A stretch of 64,000 nt of DNA, from positions 20,896 through 84,895 of the forward strand of contig JAFTPQ010000008.1 of assembly GCA_017463205.1 (NCBI GenBank), in the 5' to 3' direction. The notes beneath the pieces were generated by a model that saw only the letters and a program-made list of their open reading frames with translations, had not been told where the DNA came from and made no database searches. Made by a program: the position numbers and the translations under genes. Positions 56,751 to 64,000 of the stretch are shown piece after piece. Within the stretch, counting starts at the first letter, position 1. The number at the start of each line of letters is the position of its first letter. Origin of the DNA: Clostridia bacterium (GTDB lineage: Bacteria; Bacillota; Clostridia; Christensenellales; Borkfalkiaceae).

Positions 56751-59075
56751 ATGAAAAGGATCATACCCGAATATTCCTTTACGGAAGAACAACTGAATAC
56801 GATTGCCCTTCTCGCTAAAGAATCGGGGCTGACGGAACAGATTACGCGTATTTTGTATGCGCGTGGGATCGATGACGTGCAAAAAATTCATCGGTTTATG
56901 CATCCGTCGGAGAAGAATTTTCTGTCGCCCTATCTTATGCGCGGCATGCAAGAAGCCGTGGAAATGATTACGCGGGCGCGGGACGAAGGAATGACGGTGG
57001 CGGTGTTTGGCGATTATGACGCCGACGGCGTTTGCGCTTCCGCCATTATGTTTCACGCCTTACGCGATTTTGGGATCGACGCTCACGTATACGTGCCCGA
57101 ACGCGCAGACGGTTATGGGTTGTCCATTGAAATGATCGACCGTATTTTCGAGGAGTGCAATCCCGAATTGTTTATCACGGTTGACTGTGGTATTTCTTGC
57201 GCGAAAGAAGCGCAATATATTTATGAGTTGGGTTCGGACGTGATCGTCACCGACCATCACGAATTGCCGGAAGTTTTGCCCGATTGCGTTATCATCAATC
57301 CCAAATTGAAAGACGATTATCCCTACGACAACCTTTGCGGTGCGGGGGTGGCGTTTAAAGTGGCGTGCGCGCTGATCGGAAAAGACGCCTATCAATATCT
57401 CGATTTTGCAACGTTGGCGACGGTTGCGGACAGTGTGCCGTTGTTGGGCGAAAACCGTGATATCGTAACGGAAGGGTTAAAAATTTTCAATTCGCATATG
57501 CGATCTTGTTTTTCGGCACTGATCGGAAAAAATTACGAAGCGGTAACGGCGCAGACGTTGGCGTTTACGGTTGCTCCTCGTGTAAATGCGGCGGGCAGAA
57601 TGGGTGACGCGCAAGCGGCGTTCCGTCTGTTTACAGCGGAAAATGAAAGCGAAATTTATGATTTGGCAACCAAACTTTGCCTGTATAACACCGAACGCCA
57701 AAAATGCTGTGAAGAATTATACGTTTCCGCAAAGAAGAAATTGACGGAAAAGGGTGCGTACGGCAATGTGATTATGTTGTCGGACGAAACGTGGAACACG
57801 GGCTTCATCGGCATAGTGGCGGCGCGGATTTCGGAAGAATACAATCGTCCAACGTTGCTATTCGTGCACAATGGCGATATGTTGAAGGGGAGCGCCAGAA
57901 GTATCGAAAATATCAATATTTTTACAATGCTGAAAAATTGTTCGCAGTACATCGAAGAATTCGGCGGTCACGCGCAAGCGGCGGGGATCAATATACGTTT
58001 TGAAAATTTCGACGTATTAGAACGCGCGTTAAACGAGGAGATCGCCCGTGCGTATACAGGTGCGGATTTTGAACAGGCAATTCCCGTCAGTGAGGAGATC
58101 GACGCGCCTTTTTCGGAAAAATTTGCACGCGAACTGATGGCGATGGAACCTTACGGCGTTGGACACCGCCGTCCCTTGTTTTCCATTTCGGCAGGCGCGT
58201 GTGCGGTGAAACCCGTCAAACCGATGTCCCAGCATTTATCGGTGCGCAGCGATTATATCGATTTGATCTATTTTTCGGGCGCAAGACATTTAAAAATCAT
58301 CGAAAGCGACGTTAAAAAGCAGTTTATTTTTGAAATCAACGTGTCGCATTACCGCGGCAGAGAATATATAAAAGGTCAAGTACGCGATCTGTTGTATGAC
58401 GGGCGTACGGGCAAAGGCGCAGCAGACCGCATTTTTGCCAATTCGGTGTTGCGCGCCGGCAGAGAGGATATCGCGCAAGAGCGCACGGCGCTTTCCACGT
58501 CGGAAATCGTCGAACTGATCGAACGGAAACGCCAAGAATGTCCTTACGGATTGTGTTTGATCGCTTCCGATCGCCGCACGTTACGTTTTTACGAGGGCTT
58601 GGAAGAATTCGGTTGCGATCTGTTTCATCTTTCCTCACGAGACGTATCCAATGCACTGATCGTATCGCCTGCGGCAGATGCCGATCTTTCGGGGTTTCGA
58701 GATTTTATATTTTTGGATACTCCGTCCGATTTCCATATTGCGGCATTGGAAAACAAATCGGTGTATTACAACCGTGATATATGCGGTTATAAAATGTTTG
58801 AAGCGCTGGACGTTACGCGCGAGGGACTGTTGGAAATTTTTGCCGCGCTTCGTCGCGAAGTCAACAGTTTGATGGGACAAACGGCGGAAGAATTGGCGAT
58901 CTCCTGCGACGGGCTTGGTTTTGATAAGCGAGAATTTATGTTCGCTTTAAACGTGTTTGAAGAATTGGGCTTGGTGTCGTTTGGTGACGGACATTTAACC
59001 GTATATCGCGGGGTGAAAGCAGAATTGGGAGATTCGGCATTGTATCGCAAGGTATGCGCGTTACAAAAAATTTAA
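56751..59075 (+). CDS. recJ: Single-stranded-DNA-specific exonuclease RecJ
   Basis: DHH motifs (VFGDYDADGV, DCG, VTDHH) and DHHA1 (GGHAQAAG). Confidence 0.9.
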   Translation: MKRIIPEYSFTEEQLNTIALLAKESGLTEQITRILYARGIDDVQKIHRFMHPSEKNFLSPYLMRGMQEAVEMITRARDEGMTVAVFGDYDADGVCASAIMFHALRDFGIDAHVYVPERADGYGLSIEMIDRIFEECNPELFITVDCGISCAKEAQYIYELGSDVIVTDHHELPEVLPDCVIINPKLKDDYPYDNLCGAGVAFKVACALIGKDAYQYLDFATLATVADSVPLLGENRDIVTEGLKIFNSHMRSCFSALIGKNYEAVTAQTLAFTVAPRVNAAGRMGDAQAAFRLFTAENESEIYDLATKLCLYNTERQKCCEELYVSAKKKLTEKGAYGNVIMLSDETWNTGFIGIVAARISEEYNRPTLLFVHNGDMLKGSARSIENINIFTMLKNCSQYIEEFGGHAQAAGINIRFENFDVLERALNEEIARAYTGADFEQAIPVSEEIDAPFSEKFARELMAMEPYGVGHRRPLFSISAGACAVKPVKPMSQHLSVRSDYIDLIYFSGARHLKIIESDVKKQFIFEINVSHYRGREYIKGQVRDLLYDGRTGKGAADRIFANSVLRAGREDIAQERTALSTSEIVELIERKRQECPYGLCLIASDRRTLRFYEGLEEFGCDLFHLSSRDVSNALIVSPAADADLSGFRDFIFLDTPSDFHIAALENKSVYYNRDICGYKMFEALDVTREGLLEIFAALRREVNSLMGQTAEELAISCDGLGFDKREFMFALNVFEELGLVSFGDGHLTVYRGVKAELGDSALYRKVCALQKI

Positions 59076-59137
59076 AATTCATTACGAAACAAAGAAAACA
59101 AAAGCAGTAAGTAACGCAAAGCAAAAGAGGCAGACAG

Positions 59138-61285
59138 ATGGAAACGACGCTTAAAAAAATAGAACAGACGTATGGAGCGGGGGATAGAGAAACGCTGATC
59201 AAGGCGTATAACTATGCCGAAACCGCGCATGCCAATCAAAAACGCGCGTCGGGAGAACCTTATTTCATTCATCCCTGCGCCGTAGCCGATATTTTGATGG
59301 AGCTGGGCTTAGATGCCGCGACGATCGCCGCGGCGCTTTTGCACGATGTGATCGAGGACACCGATTCGACGGCGGAGGATATCAAACGGGAATTCGGCGA
59401 CGAAGTGTTAGATCTGGTAAGCGGCGTTACAAAGCTGGAAAAAATAGAATTTAAATCGAAAGAAGACGCCGAAGCGGAAAATTTCCGTAAAATTTTCGTT
59501 GCGATGGCAAAAGACGTGCGCGTGATCATCATTAAGCTTGCCGACAGATTGCACAATATGCGTTCGCTCAACTTCCTTTCGTACGAACGCCAACAGCGTA
59601 TGGCAAGCGAAACGCTGGATATTTACGCACCGCTTGCGGGCAGATTGGGTATTTCGCAAATCAAGTGCGAATTGGAAGACTTGTGCTTGAAATATCTCGA
59701 TCCCGAAGCGTACGAATCGTTGGTGTATAACATTCGCGAAAAATTGTCGGAAAGAAAAGAATTTGTCAATACCATCGTCGAGGAAATTAAAGAATTGATG
59801 AATGCCGACGGAATCGACGGCGAAGTGTTCGGACGACCCAAACATTTTTATTCTATCTATAAAAAGATGAAAAATAAGGGCAAGACGTTAGATCAAATTT
59901 ACGATTTAACGGCAGTCCGCGTGATCGTTAGCGACATCAAAGAATGTTACACGATTTTGGGGCGAATCCATGAAAAATGGAAACCCATTCCCGGGCGGAT
60001 CAAAGATTATATTGCCACGCCCAAACCCAATAAATATCAATCGTTGCATACGACGGTGATGACGAGATACGGTCAACCGTTCGAAATTCAGATCCGTACG
60101 GAAGAAATGCACCGTATCGCAGAATTCGGTATCGCGGCGCATTGGAAATATAAGGAAGGCAGAACGGAAGAGGAAAGCAGCAATTTCGAAAGCCGTTTAA
60201 CGTGGTTGCGCGAAGTGATGGAATGGCAAGGGGATCTGAAAGACTCGAAAGAGTTTATCGATGCCTTGAAAACGGAGCTTTACAGTCACGAATTGTTGGT
60301 GTTTACGCCGCGCGGGAAGGTCATTTCTCTGCCGCCGGGGGCAACGCCGGTCGATTTTGCGTATGCGATCCACTCGGAAGTGGGCAATCATTGTACGGGG
60401 GCGCGAGTCAACTCAAAAATCGTGCCGTTGACAACGACGCTGGAAGTGGGGGACGTCGTCGAGATCATCACGTCGCCAAATTCCAAAGGCCCTTCGCGAG
60501 ATTGGCTGAAATTTATCAAATCGTCCAGCGCAAAAGCGAAGATCCGTCAATTTTATAAAAACGAACTCAAAGAAGAAAATATCCGCATCGGGCAGATCAA
60601 ATTGGACGAAGAAGCGCGGAAAAAAGGCTTTTCGCTGTCTACGTTACTTACGGAGGAGAGTTTCAAACGCATTTCCGAACGGTTTTCGTTTGGGGAAATG
60701 GAAGAAATGTTTGCGGCGGTGGGATACGGTTCGGTCAGCGTCAATCAAGTATTGTTTAAATTGATCGATTTCTACCGTAAAGAAAAACCGTTGGCGTTTG
60801 AAGTGCACGCAGGTGATGGCGGCGGCAGAACGCCGGGCGGCGTGCTTGTCAACGGGCAGGCGGGGCTGTTGGTGCATTTTGCGGGGTGCTGTTCGCCCGT
60901 TCCCGGTGACGAGATCATCAGTTACACTTCTCGTGGTCGCGGAACGGTGATACATCGTGCCGATTGCCCCAATATACGCGGCGTCGAACAAATGCGTTTG
61001 TTGCCTGCGTCGTGGCAGATCGCCGCGGGCGCAAAACAACGTTATAACGCCAATATCGCGATACGCGCCAACGATCAAGGGGCGGCGCTTTCGGTGTTGT
61101 CGTCGGTCGTTTCGGAAATGAAGTTGTCGATCACGGCGGTAAACGGCAGAATCGACAAAAATCATGACGCGGTGTTGGAGGCGTCGATTTCCCTGACGGA
61201 TATTTCGGAAGTCGATCTTTTGATTAAAAAAATGCAAGCGGATAAACGCATTTACGAAGTGCACCGTATCACTTCATTGTCGTAA
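59138..61285 (+). CDS. relA: Bifunctional (p)ppGpp synthetase/hydrolase RelA/SpoT
   Basis: HD domain (HPCAVADIL, LHDVIEDT), synthetase domain (YQSLHTTV), and TGS and ACT domains. Confidence 0.95.
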   Translation: METTLKKIEQTYGAGDRETLIKAYNYAETAHANQKRASGEPYFIHPCAVADILMELGLDAATIAAALLHDVIEDTDSTAEDIKREFGDEVLDLVSGVTKLEKIEFKSKEDAEAENFRKIFVAMAKDVRVIIIKLADRLHNMRSLNFLSYERQQRMASETLDIYAPLAGRLGISQIKCELEDLCLKYLDPEAYESLVYNIREKLSERKEFVNTIVEEIKELMNADGIDGEVFGRPKHFYSIYKKMKNKGKTLDQIYDLTAVRVIVSDIKECYTILGRIHEKWKPIPGRIKDYIATPKPNKYQSLHTTVMTRYGQPFEIQIRTEEMHRIAEFGIAAHWKYKEGRTEEESSNFESRLTWLREVMEWQGDLKDSKEFIDALKTELYSHELLVFTPRGKVISLPPGATPVDFAYAIHSEVGNHCTGARVNSKIVPLTTTLEVGDVVEIITSPNSKGPSRDWLKFIKSSSAKAKIRQFYKNELKEENIRIGQIKLDEEARKKGFSLSTLLTEESFKRISERFSFGEMEEMFAAVGYGSVSVNQVLFKLIDFYRKEKPLAFEVHAGDGGGRTPGGVLVNGQAGLLVHFAGCCSPVPGDEIISYTSRGRGTVIHRADCPNIRGVEQMRLLPASWQIAAGAKQRYNANIAIRANDQGAALSVLSSVVSEMKLSITAVNGRIDKNHDAVLEASISLTDISEVDLLIKKMQADKRIYEVHRITSLS

Positions 61286-61298
61286 ACGAGGAAAAGTT

Positions 61299-61919
61299 AT
61301 GCAGATCATTACAATATTTCCGCGTGGGTTCGGCGCAAACACGTATATTTTGACGGAAGACGGAGAAAATGCGTTGGTGATCGATCCCGCCGATACGCGG
61401 ATCGCGGATGAATTGAAAAAGCGCGGTTTGAAATGCGCATACGTTTTATTAACGCACTGTCATTTCGATCACGTCGGCGGCGTGGAAGTTTTGCAGGAAC
61501 AGGGCGCGAAAGTGGTGTGTTCCGCGGAAGAAAAAACATTGGTCGGGACAAGCGCGGCGCTGTTTGCATTGGCGGGAATGCCGCCTGTGGAATATACGGT
61601 GAACAAAACGTTGACGGACGAAGAGGAATGTTTTTTGTGCGGCATACAGTTGAAAATGTTATTGACGCCGGGGCATACGAAAGGGAGTTGTTGCTATCTC
61701 ATTACGGAAAAGGACGGGGGCAGGTATTTGTTCACGGGCGATACACTGTTTGCCGACAGTATGGGCAGGACAGATTTTCCGACGGGGGATTTGGAAGCGA
61801 TGCGCAAGAGTTTAAAACGCCTCGCCGCGTTGGATGATATGCCTGTTTATCCCGGTCATAACGAAGAGACGACGATCGAGCGGGAGCGCACCTACAATCC
61901 TTTTGTTCTTGATGCGTAA
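61299..61919 (+). CDS. MBL-fold metallo-hydrolase
   Basis: LLTHCHFDHVGG metal-binding motif and TPGHTKGS. Confidence 0.85.
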   Translation: MQIITIFPRGFGANTYILTEDGENALVIDPADTRIADELKKRGLKCAYVLLTHCHFDHVGGVEVLQEQGAKVVCSAEEKTLVGTSAALFALAGMPPVEYTVNKTLTDEEECFLCGIQLKMLLTPGHTKGSCCYLITEKDGGRYLFTGDTLFADSMGRTDFPTGDLEAMRKSLKRLAALDDMPVYPGHNEETTIERERTYNPFVLDA

Positions 61920-61953
61920 AAAAATGCAAAATCACAGGCAAAATAGGGAAGTT

Positions 61954-63351
61954 ATGTTGACAACCGATTGTAAATTTTTGGAAAATGAATTAATGGATAT
62001 TGTGCGGTTGTTTCGCCGCCGATCCGATTTCATCACGCACTCTTTCACCTATGAAGAGGGCGTTTTTTCCAACACTTTCACGGTGGACGGAAAGGAATAT
62101 TTTTTCAAAGACGGGGGGCAGGTGTGCGACGAATTGGAATTTAAACGGTTCGAGCGTCGTTTTGCCAAACTGCGTTTATACGAAATTTTAAGCGAATTAT
62201 ATCAAGAAAAAATGCCTTGGGGGGCATTGACGGGGATCCGCCCGACGAAATTGGCGTATATGGAATTGGAAAAAGGTCGCAATTTCCGCGATTTATTCCA
62301 AAAAATGCAGGTGCGTGAAGATAATATTCAATTGGTGGCGGAAATTTTAAAAACGCAAGAGGAGATTTACGAAAAGAAAGACGGCAACACCGACTTGTTT
62401 GTATCCATTCCGTTTTGCCCCACGAAATGCGCCTATTGCTCGTTTATTACCGCGCCGATTGAAAAGACGCGGCATTTTCTGCCGCAATATTTAACGTGTT
62501 TGGAAAAAGAATTGTCTGCGGCAGGCGACTGCGTGGGGAATTTGCGCAGCGTCTATATTGGCGGCGGCACGCCGTTTGCCTTGGATACGCCCGATTTGGA
62601 AAGAGTTTTAAAAGGGATCGCGCCACTGCGTCAAACCTATGCGCCGAATTGCGAATACACGGTGGAGGCAGGGCGGCCGGACGTGTTTACGGAAGAAAAA
62701 TTACGGCTTTTGAAGGAATACGGTGTGACGAGAATTTGCATCAATCCGCAAACGTTTTCAGACGAAACGTTGCAAAAGATCTGCAGAAAACATACGGTTG
62801 CGGATATTTACAAGGCTTTTGAACTGTCGGAAAAATATAATTTTATCATCAACGTCGATCTGATCGCGGGTCTGACGGATGAAACGCCCGACGTTTTTGA
62901 AAAAAGCGTTGAAAAAGCGGTGGCAACGGGTGTGGACAATATCACGGTGCATTGTTTGTCGTTAAAATCGGGCGCAAAGCTGAAAGAAGATATGTTGAAA
63001 GAGGAAAACGTATATTTGGAAAACGATTTCATCTCGTACATGGTGGCGTCTTCCCGTCAAATTTTAAGTCAAAACGGATATTTGCCTTATTATATGTACC
63101 GCCAAAAATATCAGGTGGGAAACAACGAAAACGTGGGCTGGACAAAGCCGAACAAAGCGTGCGTATACAACGTGGATATTATGGAAGAAACGGCGGACAA
63201 TCTTGCTGTGGGTGCAAACGCCGTGTCCAAACGGGTATATACAGATCAAGGCTTGATCACGCGCCTTGCTTCGCAAAAAGATTTAAAAACGTACATCGAC
63301 GGCGTAGACGTCACCATAGAAAAGCGCAGAAAATTTTTTGAAAATCCATAA
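61954..63351 (+). CDS. Radical SAM coproporphyrinogen-dehydrogenase-like protein (HemZ/HemN-like); start could be 61924
   Basis: IPFCPTKCAYCSF radical SAM motif, YIGGGTP, and a HemN-type C-terminus. Confidence 0.75.
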   Translation: MLTTDCKFLENELMDIVRLFRRRSDFITHSFTYEEGVFSNTFTVDGKEYFFKDGGQVCDELEFKRFERRFAKLRLYEILSELYQEKMPWGALTGIRPTKLAYMELEKGRNFRDLFQKMQVREDNIQLVAEILKTQEEIYEKKDGNTDLFVSIPFCPTKCAYCSFITAPIEKTRHFLPQYLTCLEKELSAAGDCVGNLRSVYIGGGTPFALDTPDLERVLKGIAPLRQTYAPNCEYTVEAGRPDVFTEEKLRLLKEYGVTRICINPQTFSDETLQKICRKHTVADIYKAFELSEKYNFIINVDLIAGLTDETPDVFEKSVEKAVATGVDNITVHCLSLKSGAKLKEDMLKEENVYLENDFISYMVASSRQILSQNGYLPYYMYRQKYQVGNNENVGWTKPNKACVYNVDIMEETADNLAVGANAVSKRVYTDQGLITRLASQKDLKTYIDGVDVTIEKRRKFFENP

Positions 63352-63379
63352 AAAATAATCAAAAACGAGGCGAATTTGG

Positions 63380-63408
63380 TTTACATTATAGAAAGAATAT
63401 GTTAAAAT
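63380..63408 (+). promoter_or_regulatory. Promoter TTTACA-N17-TAAAAT upstream of rpsO
   Basis: Hexamers at 63380-63385 and 63403-63408, followed by a GC-rich leader of about 80 nt. Confidence 0.45.
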
Positions 63409-63490
63409 AATAATAACGGCTGTCTGAGCGGCTCGATTCTCCACGGTCTGCGCAGCGGTACGAGATAACATTTCAATAGGAGGATAAAAA

Positions 63491-63745
63491 ATGGAAAAGA
63501 ACGAAATTATTGCGAAATTTGCTACCCACGAAGGCGACACGGGTTCTCCCGAAGTGCAAATTGCACTGCTCACCTTCAGAATCAACCACCTCAACGAACA
63601 CTTAAAAGAACACAAACAGGACAACCATTCCCGTCGTGGTCTTTTGAAGATGGTAGGTAAACGTCGTGGTTTGCTCGATTATCTGAAAGCGAAAGATATC
63701 GCAAGATACAGAGCGATCGTTGAAGCATTGGGTCTTAGAAAATAA
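63491..63745 (+). CDS. rpsO: 30S ribosomal protein S15
   Basis: [43 protein letters not shown] is a clear S15 sequence. Confidence 0.95.
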   Translation: MEKNEIIAKFATHEGDTGSPEVQIALLTFRINHLNEHLKEHKQDNHSRRGLLKMVGKRRGLLDYLKAKDIARYRAIVEALGLRK

Positions 63746-63945
63746 TGCAAGCACGAAAGGGCGGGTTATTTTAACTCGCTCTTTTTTGTGATATAGGCAG
63801 GAAAGAACCAAAACGGGCGTTGAAACAAGCGGACAAGCCTTGGCATAAGCTTTGTTTGCGATTCAGCGTCGAACCCCCCCGCCCCCGTCGGGCGACGGCG
63901 GCGGACAAGAACAAAAAAGAATTAAAGAATAAGGAGATTAAAAAA

Positions 63946-64000
63946 ATGCCAGATTTAAGTAATTACAAGATGTTTAAAATGGACTACGCGGGCAGAGAAC
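63946..64000 (+). CDS. pnp: Polyribonucleotide nucleotidyltransferase, 5' end only (cut by the window edge)
   Basis: AAGGAG RBS, then MPDLSNYKMFKMDYAGRE. The rpsO-pnp order is conserved. Confidence 0.65.
   Translation, partial: MPDLSNYKMFKMDYAGRE

Overview
This 64 kb window looks like core chromosome from a Bacillota (Clostridia-like) genome, and most genes are on the + strand.

Gene content, in order:
- rpsP, a KH-domain gene and rimM, then about 16 kb of unrelated genes, then rplS. The unrelated genes are a TPP-riboswitch/thiT unit, yfbR-like, an S1C protease, mutY, an OmpR/HK two-component locus, cls, a CDF transporter and oadGB.
- comM, DUF1294, dprA, topA, trmFO, hslVU, hisS, trxA.
- Rubrerythrin, a second cls, clpB, an sbcD/yhaN-like pair and two ABC exporter genes.
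- A minus-strand amino-acid ABC operon.
- tgt, an ABC pair, yajC, then the SCIFF peptide gene (below the ORF-track cutoff, found by hand), its radical SAM maturase, and secDF.
- recJ, relA/spoT, an MBL hydrolase, hemZ-like, rpsO and the start of pnp.

I found no rRNA, tRNA, transposase, integrase or CRISPR array.

Main observations that the genes do not explain:
1. A non-palindromic 19-nt motif, GGGGCAGGTATGCGTTGAA, recurs at least 9 times, 8 of them on the + strand. Copies lie at operon ends and leaders. It also appears as in-frame segments inside clpB, a yhaN-like gene and mutY. In the clpB and yhaN-like copies the motif's TGA is changed to TCA.
2. A modular repeat of about 300-360 bp occurs twice, flanking the two-component locus. 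It carries hairpins, one with a compensatory change between copies, and 11-bp-phased GGAACG direct repeats.
3. Three single-site gene lesions: an in-frame TGA at the conserved Trp codon of topA, a 1-nt frameshift in the response regulator, and an in-frame TAA in a small ORF.
4. Two XRE regulator loci with palindromic operators next to long ORF-free regions that could encode small RNAs.

Every call comes from reading the sequence and recalling protein families. No searches or computations were run.
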